Under the pieces are notes generated by a model. That model saw only the letters and a program-made list of their open reading frames with translations, searched no databases and was not told the origin of the DNA. A DNA stretch of 64,000 nucleotides. Origin: Azolla caroliniana (taxonomy: Eukaryota > Plantae > Polypodiophyta). Where the stretch lies: positions 41,503 through 105,502 of the forward strand of contig JBHGNT010000078.1 of assembly GCA_043228905.1 (NCBI GenBank), given 5' to 3'. Each line of letters begins with the position of its first letter. Within the stretch, counting starts at the first letter, position 1. Shown here one piece after another: positions 1 to 13,800 of the stretch. A program made the translations under genes and the position numbers.

Positions 1-780
1 CGAGCCAGGTATGAACAGTTTAATTTACTCACGGGGTCTTCTCCACTACCTTCTCAAATTTGCTAATTTCTTCATGTCTCTCGACTTGAGTTTCAAAATC
101 TTGATTTTTTAATTCCATATCATAGCTAGTGTTATTAGCTTCAATTCGCATGTTTGAACACAAAAATCCAATATCACACGAGCCAGGTATGAACATTTTA
201 ATTTACTAACGCGCTCTTCTCCAATACCTCCTCAAATTTGCTAATTTCTTCATGTCTCTCGACCTGTGTTTCAAAATTATAATTTTTCAATTCTATATCA
301 TAACTAGCGTTCTTAGCTTCGATTCGCATGTTTGAACACAAAAATCCGATATCACACGTGCCAGGTATGAACATTTTAATTTACTCACGGGGTCTTCTCC
401 ACTACCTCCTCCAATTTGCTAATTTCGTCATGTCTCTAGACCTGGATTTCAAAATTATAATTTTTCAATTCAATATCATAGCTGGCATTGCTAGCTTCGA
501 TTCTCATGTTTGAACACAAAAATTATAGCTATGAACATTTTAATTTACTCACGGGGTCTTCTCCACTACCTTCTCAAATTTGCTAATTTCTTCATGTCTC
601 TCGACCTAAGTTTCAAAATCTTGATTTTTTAATTCCATATCATAGATAGTGTTGTTACCTTCGATTCGCATGTTTGAACACAAAAATCCAATATCACACG
701 AGCCAGGTATGAACATTTTAATTTACTAACGCGCTCTTCTCCAATACCTCCTCAAATTTGCTAATTTCTTCATGTCTCTG

Positions 781-3700
781 GACCTGTGTTTTAAAATTAT
801 AGTTTTTCAATTCTATATCATAACTAGCGTTCTTAGCTTCGATTCGCATGTTTGAACACAAAAATCCGATATCACACGAGCCAGGTATGAACATTTTAAT
901 TTATTGACGCGCTCTTCTCAACTCCTTCCTCAAATTTGCTAATTCCTTCATGTCTCTGGACCTAAGTTTCAAATTCTTGATTTTCTAATTCCATAACATA
1001 GCTAGTGTTTTTAGCTTCGATTCGCATGTTTGAACACAAAAATCCGATATCCCACAAGCCAGGCATGAACATTTTAATTTACTCACGGGGTCTCCTCCAC
1101 TACCTTCTCAAATTTGCTAATTTCTTCATGTCTTTCGACCTGAGTTTCAAAATCTTGATTTTTTAATTCCATATCATAGCTAGTGTTGTTAGCTTCCATT
1201 CGCATGTTTGAACACAAAAATCCAATATCACACGAGCCAGGCTCTTCTCTAATACCTCCTCAAATTTGCTAATTTCTTCATGTCTCTCGACCTGTGTTTG
1301 AAAATTATAATTTTCCAATTCTATATCATAACTAGCGTTCTTAGCTTCGATTCGCAAGTTTGAACACAAAAATCTCATATCACACGAGCCAGGTATGAGC
1401 ATTTTAATTTTCTGACGCCCTCTTCTCAACTCCTTCCTCAAATTTGCTAATTTCTTCATGTCTCTGGACCTGAGTTTCAAAGTCTTGATTTTTTAATTCT
1501 ATATCATAGCTAGCGTTGTTAGCTTCGATTCGCATGTTTGAACACAAAAATCCAATATCACACGAGCCAGGTATGAACATTTTAATTTACTAACGCGCTC
1601 TTCTCCAATACCTCCTCAAATTTGCTAATTTCTTCATGTCTCTCGACCTGTGTTTCAAAATTATAATTTTTCAATCCTATATCATAACTAGCGTTCTTAG
1701 CTTCGATTCGCATGTTTGAACACAGAAATCCGATATCACACGACCCAGGTATGAGCATTTTAATTTACTAATGCGCTCTTCTCAACTCCTTCCTGTCTTT
1801 GGACTTGAGTTTCAAAGTCTTGATTTTTTAATTCGATATCATAGCTAGTGTTGTTAGCTTCGATTCGCATGTTTGAACATAAAAATCTGATATCACACGA
1901 GCCAGATATGAACATTTTAATTTACTCACGGGGTTTTCTCAACTCCTTCCTCAAGATTGCTAATTTCTTCATGTCTGTCGACCTGAGTTTCAAACTTATA
2001 ATTTTTCAATTCAATATCATAGCTAGCGTTGCTAGCTTCGATTCTCATGTTTGAACACAAAAATCTGATATCACACGAGCCAGCTATTAACATTTTATTT
2101 TACTCACCGGGTCTTCTCACCTCCTTCCTCATCTTTGCTAATTTCTTAATATCTCTCAACCTGAGTCTCGAAATCTTGATTTTTTAATTCTATATCATAG
2201 CTAGCGTTCTTAGCTTCGATTCACATTTTTGAACATAAAAATCCGATATCCCACAAGCCAGGCACGAACATTTTAATTTACTCACGGGGTCTTCTCCACT
2301 AACTTCTCAAATTTGCTAATTTGTTTATGTCTCTCGACTTGAGTTTCAAAATCTTGATTTTTTAATTCCATATCATAGCTAGTGTTGTTAGCTTCGATTC
2401 TCATGTTTGCACATAAAAATCTGATATCACACGAGCCAGGTATGAACATTTACTCACGGGGTTTCTCAACTCCTTCCTCAAGATTGCTAATTTCTTCATG
2501 TCTGTCGACCTGTGTTTCCAAATTATAATATCACAAAATCTGATATCACAAAAGCCAGGTATAAACATATTAATTTACTCACGGGGACTTCTCCACTACC
2601 TGTTCAAATTTGCTAACTTCGTCAAGTCTCTAGACCGGTGTTTCAATTCAATATCATAGCTAGCGTTGTTAGCTTCGATTCGCATGTTTGAACACAAACA
2701 TCCGATATCACACGAGCCAGGTATGAACATTTTAAATGATTGACGGGGTCTTCTCCACTACCTCCTCAAATTTGCTAATTTCTTCATGCCTCTCGACCTG
2801 AGTTTCAAAATCTTGATTTTTTAATTCTATATCATAGCTGGCGTTGTTAGCTTCGATTCGCATGTTTGAACACAAAAATCCGATATCACACGAGCCAGGT
2901 ATGAATATTTTAATTTACTCACGGGGTCTTCTCAACTCGTTCCTCAAATATGCAAATATCTTCATGTCTCTCGACCTGTGTTTCAAAATCTTGATTTTTT
3001 AATTCCATATCATAGCTAGTATTCTTAGCTTTGATTCGCATGTTTGAACACAAAAATCCGATATAAATCGAGCCAGCTATGAACATTTTAATTTCCGAAG
3101 AGGGTCTTCTCCACCTGCTCGTCAAATTTGCTAATCTCTTCATGTCTCTCGACCTGAGTTTGAAAATGTTAATTTTTTAATTCCATACCATAGCTAGCAT
3201 TGTTAGCTTCGATTCGCATATTTGAACACAAAAATCCGATATCACACCAGCCAGGTATGAACATTATAATTTACTCACGGGGTCTTCTCCACTACCTTCC
3301 CAATTTTGCTAATTTCTTCATGTCTCTCGACCTGAGTTTCAAAATCTTGATTTTTTAATTCCATATCATAGCTAGTATTCTTAGATTCGATTCGCATGTT
3401 TGAACACAAAAATCCGATATCACACGAGCCAGGTATGAACATTTTAATTTACTCACTAGGTCTTCTCCACTACCTTCTCCAATTTGCTAATTTCTTCATG
3501 TCTCTCAACCTGAGTTTCAAAATCTTGATTTTTTAATTCGATATCCTAGCTAGCGTTGGTACCTTCGATTCCCATGTTTGAACACAAAAATACGATATCA
3601 CACGAGCCAGGTATGAACATTTTCATTTACTCACCGGGTCTTCTCCACTACCTCCTCAAATTTGCTAATTTCTTGATGTCTCTTGAACTGAGTTTCAAAA

Positions 3701-4341
3701 TCTTGATTTTTTAATTGCATATCATAGCTAGCGTTGTTAGCTTCGATTCGCATGTTTGAACAAAAAAATCCAATATCACACGAGCCAGGTATGAACATTT
3801 TAATTTACTCACGGGGTCTTCTCAACTCCTTCCTCAAATTTGCTAATTTCTTCATATCTCTCGACCTGTGTTTCAAAATCTTAATTTTCTAATTCCATAT
3901 CATAGCTAGCGTTGCTAGCTTCGATTCTCATGTTTGAACACAAAAATCCGATATCACACGAGCTAGATATGAACATTTTAATTTACACACCGGGTATTCT
4001 CAACGCCTTCCTCAAGTTTGCTAATTTCCTCATGTCTCTCGATCTGAGTTTCAAAATCTTGATTTTTGAATTCTATATCATAGCTAGCGTTTTAGTTCCG
4101 ATTCGCATGTTTGAACACAAACATTCGATATCACACGAGCCAGGTATGAACATTTTAAATTACTGACGGGGTCTTCTAAACTCCTTCCTCAAATTTGCTA
4201 ATTTCCTCATGTCTCTAGACCTGAGTTTCAAAATTATATTTTTTAATTCTATATCATAGCTAGCGTTGTTAGCTTCGATTCGCATGTTTGAACACAAAAA
4301 TCCGATATCACACGAGCCAGGTATGAACATTTTAATTTACT
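781..4341. repeat. ~3.5-kb block of variant monomers duplicated 10,101 bp downstream (copy 1)
   Basis: Marker ORFs are offset by exactly 10,101 bp: 1163/11264, 1848/11949, 2919/13020, 3912/14013. The copies diverge after TTTAATTTACT at ~4341/14442. The left boundary is approximate. Confidence 0.88.
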
Positions 4342-7300
4342 CACGGGGTCTTCTCAACTCGTTCCTCAAATATGCAAATATCTTCATGTCTCTCGACCTG
4401 TGTTTCAAAATCTTGATTTTTTAATTCCATATCATAGCTAGTATTCTTAGCTTCTATTCGCATGTTTGAACACAAAAATCCGATATCACACGAGCCAGCT
4501 ATGAACATTTTAATTTACTCACTAGGTCTTCTCCACTACCTTCTCAAATTTGCTAATTTCTTCATGTCTCTCAACCTGAGTTTCAAAATCTTGATTTTTT
4601 AATTCGATATCATAGGTAGCGTTGGTACCTTCGATTCCCATGTTTGAACACAAAAATACGATATCACACGAGCCAGGTATGAACATTTTAATTTACTCAC
4701 GGGGTCTTCTCAACTCCCTCCTCAAATTTGATAATTTCTTCATGTCTCTCGACCTGAGTTTGACAATGTTGATTTTTTGATTACATATCATAGCTAGCAT
4801 TGTTAGCTTCGATTCGCATTTTTGAACACAAAAATCCGATATCACAAAAGCCAGGTATAAACATATTAATTTACTCACGGGATCTTCTCCACAACCTATT
4901 CAAATTTGCTAACTTCGTCAAGTCTCTAGACCGGTGTTTCAATTCAATATCATAGCTAGCGTTGTTAGCTTCGATTCGCATGTTTGAACACAAACATCCG
5001 ATATCGCACGAGCCAGGTATGAACATTTTAAATTACTGACGGGGTCTTCTAAACTCCTTCCTCAAATTTGCTAATTTCCTCATGTCTCTCGACCTGAGTT
5101 TCGAAATCTTGATTTTTTAATTCTATATCATAGCTAGCGTTGTTAGCTTCGATTCGCATGTTTGAACACAAAAATCCGATATCACACGAGCCAGGTATGA
5201 ACATTTTAATTTACGCACGGGGTCTTCTCAACTCCTTCCTCAAATATGCAAATATCTTCATGTCTCTCGACCTGTGTTTCAAAATCTTGAGTTTTTCATT
5301 CCATATCATAGCTAGCTTGGTTAGCTTCGATTTGCATGTTTGAACACATATATCCGATATAAATCGAGCCAGCTATGAACATTTTAATTTCCGGACAGGG
5401 TCTTCTCCACTACCTCCTCAAATTTGCTAATTTCTTCATGTCTCTCGACCTAAGTTTGAAAATCTTAATTTTTTAATTCCATATCATAGCTAGCGTTGTT
5501 AGCTTCGATTCGCATATTTGAACACAAAAATCCGATATCACACGAGCCAGGTATGAACATTTTAATTTACTCACTAGGTCTTCTCCACTACATTCTCCAA
5601 TTTGCTAATTTCTTCATTTCTCTCAACCTGAGTTTCAAAATCTTGATTTTTTAATTCTATATCCTAGCTAGCGTTGGTACCTTCGATTCCCATGTTTGAA
5701 CACAAAATTACGATATCACACGAGCCAGGTATGAACATTTTCATTTACTCACCGGGTCTTCTCCACTACCTCCTCAAATTTGCTAATTTCTTGATGTCTC
5801 TTGAACTGAGTTTCAAAATCTTGATTTTTTAATTGCATATCATAGCTAGCGTTGTTAGCTTCGATTCGCATGTTTGAACAAAAAAATCCAATATCACACG
5901 AGCCAGGTATGAACATTTTAATTTACTCACGGGGTCTTCTCAACTCCTTCCTCAAATTTGCTAATTTCTTCATATCTCTCGACCTGTGTTTCATATCATA
6001 GCTAGCGTTGTTAATTCCATATCATAGCTAGCGTTGTTAGCTTCGATTCGCATATTTGAACACAAAAATCCGATATCATAGCTAGCGTTGTTAATTCCAT
6101 ATCTTAATTTTTTAATTCCATATCATAGCTAGCGTTGTTAGCTTCGATTCGCATATTTGAACACAAAAATCCGATATCACACCAGCTAGGTATGAACATT
6201 ATAATTTACTCACGGGGTCTTCTCCACTACCTTCCCAATTTTCCTAATTTCTTCATGTCTCTCGACCTGAGTTTCAAAATCTTGATTTTCTATTTCCATA
6301 TCATAGCTAGTATTCTTAGCTTCGATTCGCATGTTTGAACACAAAAATCCGATATCACACGAGCCAGCTATGAACATTTTAATTTACTCACTATGTCTTC
6401 TCCACTACCTTCTCAAATTTGCTAATTTCTTCATGTCTCTCGACCTGAGTTTCAAAATCTTGATTTTTTAACTCGATATCATAGCTAGTATTCTTAGCTT
6501 CGAGTCGCTTGTTTGAACACAAAAATCCGATATCACACGAGCCAAGTAAGAACATTTTAATTTACTGACGGGGTCTTCTCCACTACCTCCTCAAATTTGC
6601 TAATTTCTTCATGTCTCTCGACCTATGTTTCAAAATTATAATTTTTGAATTCAATATCATAGCTAACGTTGTTACCTTCGATTCACATGTTTGAACACAA
6701 AAATCCCATAATACATGAGCTAGGTATGAACAATTTAATTTATTCACAAGGTCTTCTCCACCATCTCCTCAAATTTGCTAATCTCATCATGTGTCTAGAC
6801 CTGTGTTTCGAAATTATAATTTTTTAATTTCATATCATAGCTAGCGTTGTTAGCTTCGATTCACATGTTTGAACACAAATATCCGATATCACACGTGCTA
6901 TGTATGAACATTTTAATTTACTGACACGCTCTTCTCCAGTACCGATATCATAGCTAGCGTTGTTAGCTTCGATTCGGAGGTTTGAACACAAAAATCCGAT
7001 ATCACACGAGCCAGGTATGAACATTCTAATTTACTCACGGGGTCTTCTCAACTCCTTCCTCAGATTTGCTAATTTCTTCATTTGTCTTGACCTGTGTTTC
7101 AAAATCTTGATTTTTTAATTCCATATCATAGCTAGCGTTGTTAGCTTCGATTCGCATGTTTGAACACAAAAATACGATATCACACGAGCCAGGTATGAAC
7201 ATTTTAATTTACTCACAGGGTCTTCTCAACTCCCTCCTCAAATTTGATAATTTCTTCATGTCTCTCGACCTGAGTTTGACAATCTTGATTTTTTGATTCC

Positions 7301-10300
7301 ATATCATAGCTAGCATTGTTAGCTTCGATTCGCATTTTTGAACACAAAAATCCGATATCACAAAAGCCAGGTATAAACATATTAATTTACTCACGGGGTC
7401 TTCTCCACTACCTATTCAAATTTGCTAACTTCGTCAAGTCTCTAGACCGGTGTTTCAATTCAATATCATAGCTAGCGTTGTTAGCTTCGATTCGCATGTT
7501 TGAACACAAAAATCCGATATCACACGAGCCAGGTATGAACATTTTAATTTACTCACGGGGTCTTCACAACTCCTTCCTCAAATATGCAAATATCTTCATG
7601 TCTCTCGACCTGTGTTTCAAAATCTTGATTTTTTAATTCCATATCATAGCTAGTATTCTTAGCTTCGATTCGCATGTTTGAACACAAAAATCCGATATCA
7701 CACGAGCCAGCTATGAACATTTTAATTTACTCACTAGGTCTTCTCCACTACCTTCTCAAATTTGCTAATTTCTTCATGTCTCTCGACCTGAGTTTCAAAA
7801 TCTTGATTTTTTAATTCGATATCATAGGTAGCGTTGGTACCTTCGATTCCCATGTTTGAACACAAAAATACGATATCACACGAGCCAGGTATGAACATTT
7901 TAATTTACTCACGGGGTCTTCTCAACTCCCTCCTCAAATTTGATAATTTCTTCATGTCTCTCGACCTGAGTTTGACAATGTTGATTTTTTGATTCCATAT
8001 CATAGCTAGCATTGTTAACTTCGATTCGCATAAACTCCTTCCTCAAATTTGCTAATTTCCTCATGTCTCTCGACCTAAGTTTCAAAATTTTGATTTTTTA
8101 ATTCTATATCATAGCTAGCGTTGTTAGCTTCGATTCGCATGTTTGAACACAAAAATCCGATATCACACGAGCCAGGTATGAACATTTTAATTTACTCACG
8201 GGGTCTTCTCAACTCGTTCCTCAAATATGCAAATATCTTCATGTCTCTCGACCTGTGTTTCAAAATCTTGATTTTTTAATTCCATATCATAGCTAGTATT
8301 CTTAGCTTCTATTCGCATGTTTGAACACAAAAATCCGATATCACACGAGCCAGCTATGAACATTTTAATTTACTCACTAGGTCTTCTCCACTACCTTCTC
8401 AAATTTGCTAATTTCTTCATGTCTCTCAACCTGAGTTTCAAAATCTTGATTTTTTAATTCGATATCATAGGTAGCGTTGGTACCTTCGATTCGCATATTT
8501 GAACACAAAAATCCGATATCACACCAGCTAGGTATGAACATTATAATTTACTCACGGGGTCTTCTCCACTACCTTCCCAATTTTCCTAATTTCTTCATGT
8601 CTCTCGACCTGAGTTTTAAAATCTTGATTTTCTAATTCCATATCATAGCTAGTATTCTTAGCTTCGATTCGCATGTTTGAACACAAAAATCCGATATCAC
8701 ACGAGCCAGCTATGAACATTTTAATTTACTCACTATGTCTTCTCCACTACCTTCTCAAATTTGCTAATTTCTTCATGTCTCTCGACCTGAGTTTCAAAAT
8801 CTTGATTTTCTAAATCGATATCATAGCTAGTATTCTTAGCTTCGAGTCGCTTGTTTGAACACAAAAATCCGATATCCCACAAGCCAAGCATGAACATTTT
8901 AATTTACTCACGGGGTCTCCTCCACTACCTTCTCAAATTTGCTAATTTCTTCATGTCATATCATATCTAGTGTTGTTAGCTTCGATTCGCATGTTTGAAC
9001 ACAAAAATCCGATATCACACGAGCCAAGTATGAACATTTTAATTTACTAACGCCCTATTCTCCAATACCTGCTAAAAGTTGCTAATTTCTTCATGTCTCT
9101 CGACCTGTGTTTTAAAATTATAATTTTTCAATTCCATATCATAACTAGCGTTCTTAGCTTCGATTCGCATGTTTGAACACAAAAATCCGATATCACACGA
9201 GCCAGGTATGAACATTTTAATTTACTGACGCGCTCTTCTCAACTCCTTCCTCAAATTTGCTAATTTCCTCATGTCTCTCGACCTGAGTTTCAAATTCTTG
9301 ATTTTCTAATTCCATATCATAGCTAGTGTTGTTAGCTTCGATTCGCTTGTTTGAACACAAAAATCCGATATCCCACATGGCAGGCATGAACATTTTAATT
9401 TACTCACGGGGTCTTCTCCACTACCTTCTCAAATTTGCTAATTTCTTCATGTCTTTCGACCTGAGTTTCAAAATCTTGATTTTTTAATTCCATATCATAG
9501 CTAGTGTTGTTAGCTTCCATTCGCATGTTTGAACACAAAAATCCAATATCACACGAGCCAGGTATGAACATTTTAATTTACTAACGCGCTCTTCTCTAAT
9601 ACCTCCTCAAATTTGCTAATTTCTTCATGTCTCTCGACCTGTGTTTGAAAATTATAATTTTTCAATTCTATATCATAACTAGCGTTCTTAGCTTCGATTC
9701 GCAAGTTTGAACACAAAAATTTCATATCACACGAGCCAGGTATGAGCATTTTAATTTACTGACGCCCTCTTCTCAACTCCTTCCTCAAATTTGCTAATTT
9801 CTTCATGTCTCTGGACCTGAGTTTCAAAGTCTTGATTTTTTAATTCTATATCATAGCTAGCGTTGTTAGCTTCGATTCGCATGTTTGAACACAAAAATCC
9901 AATATCACACGAGCCAGGTATGAACATTTTAATTTACTAACGCGCTCTTCTCCAATACCTCCTGAAATTTGCTAATTTCTTTATGTCTCTCGACCTGTGT
10001 TTCAAAATTATAATTTATCAATTCTATATCATAACTAGCGTTCTTAGCTTCGATTCGCATGTTTGAACACAAAAAGCCGATATCACACGAGCCAGGTATG
10101 AACATTTTAATTTACTAACGCGCTCTTCTCCAATACCTCCTCAAATTTGCTAATTTCTTCATGTCTCTCGACCTGTGTTTGAAAATTATAATTTTTCAAT
10201 TCTATATCATAACTAGCGTTCTTAGCTTCGATTCGCATGTTTGAACACAAAAATCCGATATCACACGAGCCAGGTATGAACATTTTAATTTACTAACGCG

Positions 10301-10881
10301 CTCTTCTCCAATACCTCCTCAAATTTGCTAATTTCTTCATGTCTCTCGACCTGTGTTTCAAAATTATAATTTTTCAATTCTATATCATAACTAGCGTTCT
10401 TAGCTTCGATTCGCATGTTTGAACACAAAAATCCGATATCACACGACCCAGGTATGAGCATTTTAATTTACTAACGCGCTCTTCTCAACTCCTTCCTAAA
10501 ATTTGCAAATTTCTTCATGTCTCTGGACCTGAGTTTCAAAGTCTTGATTTTTTAATTCTATATCATAACTAGCATTGTTAGGTACGATTCGCATTTTTGA
10601 ACACAAAAATGCGATATCCCAGAAGCCAGGTATGAACATTTTAATTTACTCACGGGGTCTTCTCCACTACCTTCTCAAATTTGCTAATTTCTTCATGTCT
10701 CTCGACCTGAGCTTCAAAATCTTGATTTTTCAATTCTATGTCATAGCTAGTGTTGTTAGCTTTGATTCGCATGTTTGAACACAAAAATCCAATATCAGAC
10801 GAGCCAAGTATGAACATTTTAATTTACTAATGCGCTCTTCTCCAATACCTCCTCAAATTTGCTAATTTCTTCACATCTCTC

Positions 10882-13800
10882 GACCTGTGTTTCAAAATTA
10901 TAGTTTTTCAATTCTATATCATAACTAGCGTTCTTAGCTTCGATTCGCATGTTTGAACATAAAAATCCGATATCACACGAGCCAGGTATGAACACTTTAA
11001 TTTATTGACGCGCTCTTCTCAACTCCTTCCTCAAATTTGCTAATTTCTTCATGTCTCTGGACCTGAGTTTCAAATTCTTGATTTTCCCATTCCATATCAT
11101 AGCTAGTGTTGTTAGCTTCGATTCGCATGTTTGAACACAAAAATCCGATATCCCAGAAGCCAGGCATGAACATTTTAATTTACTCACGGGGTCTTCTCCA
11201 CTACCTTCTCAAATTTGCTAATTTCTTCATGTCTTTCGACCTGAGTTTCAAAATCTTGATTTTTTAATTCCATATCATAGCTAGTGTTGTTAGCTTCCAT
11301 TCGCATGTTTGAACACAAAAATCCAATATCACACGAGCCAGGCTCTTCTCTAATACCTCCTCAAATTTGCTAATTTCTTCATGTCTCTTGACCTGTATTT
11401 GAAAATTATAATTTTTCAATTCTATATCATAACTAGCGTTCTTAGCTTCGATTCGCAAGTTTGAACACAAAAATCTCATATCACACGAGCCAGGTATGAG
11501 CATTTTAATTTTCTGACGCCCTCTTCTCAACTCCTTCCTCAAATTTGCTAATTTCTTCATATCTCTGGACCTGAGTTTCAAAGTCTTGATTTTTTAATTC
11601 TATATCATAGCTAGCGTTGTTAGCTTCGATTCGCATGTTTGAACACAAAAATCCAATATCACACGAGCCAGGTATGAACATTTTAATTTTCTAACGCGCT
11701 CTTCTCCAATACCTCCTCAAATTTGCTAATTTCTTCATGTCTCTCGACCTGTGTTTCAAAATTATAATTTTTCAATTCTATATCATAACTAGCGTTCTTA
11801 GCTTCGATTCGCATGTTTGAACACAAAAATCCGATATAACACGACCCAGGTATGAGCATTTTAATTTACTAATGCGCTCTTCTCAACTCCTTCCTGTCTC
11901 TGGACCTGAGTTTCAAAGTCTTGATTTTTTAATTCCATATCATAGCTAGTGTTGTTAGCTTCGATTCGCATGTTTGAACATAAAAATCTGATATCACACG
12001 AGCCAGGTATGAACATTTTAATTTACTCACGGGGTTTTCTCAACTCCTTCCTCAAGATTGCTAATTTCTTCATGTCTCTCGACCTGAGTTTCAAAATTAT
12101 AATTTTTCAATTCAATATCATAGCTAGCGTTGCTAGCTTCGATTCTCATGTTTGAACACAAAAATCTGATATCACACGAGCCAGCTATTAACATTTTATT
12201 TTACTCACCGGGTCTTCTCACCTCCTTCCTCATCTTTGCTAATTTGTTAATATCTCTCGACCTGAGTCTCGAAATCTTGATGTTTTAATTCTATATCATA
12301 GCTAGCGTTCTTAGCTTCGATTCACATTTTTGAACATAAAAATCCGATATCCCACAAGCCAGGCACGAACATTTTAATTTACTCACGGGGTCTTCTCCAC
12401 TAACTTCTCAAATTTGCTAATTTGTTTATGTCTCTCGACTTGAGTTTCAAAATCTTGATTTTTTAATTCCATATCATAGCTAGTGTTGTTAGCTTCGATT
12501 CTCATGTTTGCACATAAAAATCTGATATCACACGAGCCAGGTATGAACATTTACTCACGGGGTTTCTCAACTCCTTCCTCAAGATTGCTAATTTCTTCAT
12601 GTCTGTCGACCTGTGTTTCAAAATTATAATATCACAAAATCTGATATCACAAAAGCCAGGTATAAACATATTAATTTACTCACGGGGTCTTCTCCACTAC
12701 CTGTTCAAATTTGCTAACTTCGTCAAGTCTCTAGACCGGTGTTTCAATTGAATATCATAGCTAGCGTTGTTAGCTTCGATTCGCATGTTTGAACACAAAC
12801 ATCCGATATCACACGAGCCAGGTATGAACATTTTAAATGATTGACGGGGTCTTCTCCACTACCTCCTCAAATTTGCTAATTTCTTCATGCCTCTCGACCT
12901 GAGTTTCAAAATCTTGATTTTTTAATTCTATATCATAGCTAGCGTTGCTAGCTTCGATTCGCATGTTTGAACACAAAAATCCGATATCACACGAGCCAGG
13001 TATGAATATTTTAATTTACTCACGGGGTCTTCTCAACTCGTTCCTCAAATATGCAAATATCTTCATGTCTCTCGACCTGTGTTTCAAAATCTTGATTTTT
13101 TAATTCCATATCATAGCTAGTATTCTTAGCTTCGATTCGCATGTTTGAACACAAAAATCCGATATAAATCGAGCCAGCTATGAACATTTTAATTTCCGAA
13201 GAGGGTCTTCTCCACCTGCTCGTCAAATTTGCTAATCTCTTCATGTCTCTCGACCTGAGTTTGAAAATGTTAATTTTTTCATTCCATACCATAGCTAGCA
13301 TTGTTAGCTTCGATTCGCATATTTGAACACAAAAATCCGATATCACACCAGCCAGGTATGAACATTATAATTTACTCACGGGGTCTTCTCCACTACCTTC
13401 CCAATTTTGCTAATTTCTTCATGTCTCTCGACCTGAGTTTCAAAATCTTGATTTTTTAATTCCATATCATAGCTAGTATTCTTAGATTCGATTCGCATGT
13501 TTGAACACAAAAATCCGATATCACACGAGCCAGGTATGAACATTTTAATTTACTCACTAGGTCTTCTCCACTACATTCTCCAATTTGCTAATTTCTTCAT
13601 TTCTCTCAACCTGAGTTTCAAAATCTTGATTTTTTAATTCTATATCCTAGCTAGCGTTGGTACCTTCGATTCCCATGTTTGAACACAAAATTACGATATC
13701 ACACGAGCCAGGTATGAACATTTTCATTTACTCACCGGGTCTTCTCCACTACCTCCTCAAATTTGCTAATTTCTTGATGTCTCTTGAACTGAGTTTCAAA

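Noticed and set aside
1-178. Assignment to Arabidopsis thaliana CEN178 or another named 178-bp satellite
   Set aside because: The length matches but the sequence does not resemble CEN178 as I recall it. I cannot name the family without a BLAST or satellite database search.
1-178. 5S rDNA or tRNA-derived tandem unit
   Set aside because: No recognisable 5S rRNA sequence, tRNA cloverleaf or A/B boxes.
120-180. CENP-B box-like motif around TTCGATTCG
   Set aside because: It does not match the TTCGNNNNANNCGGG pattern.
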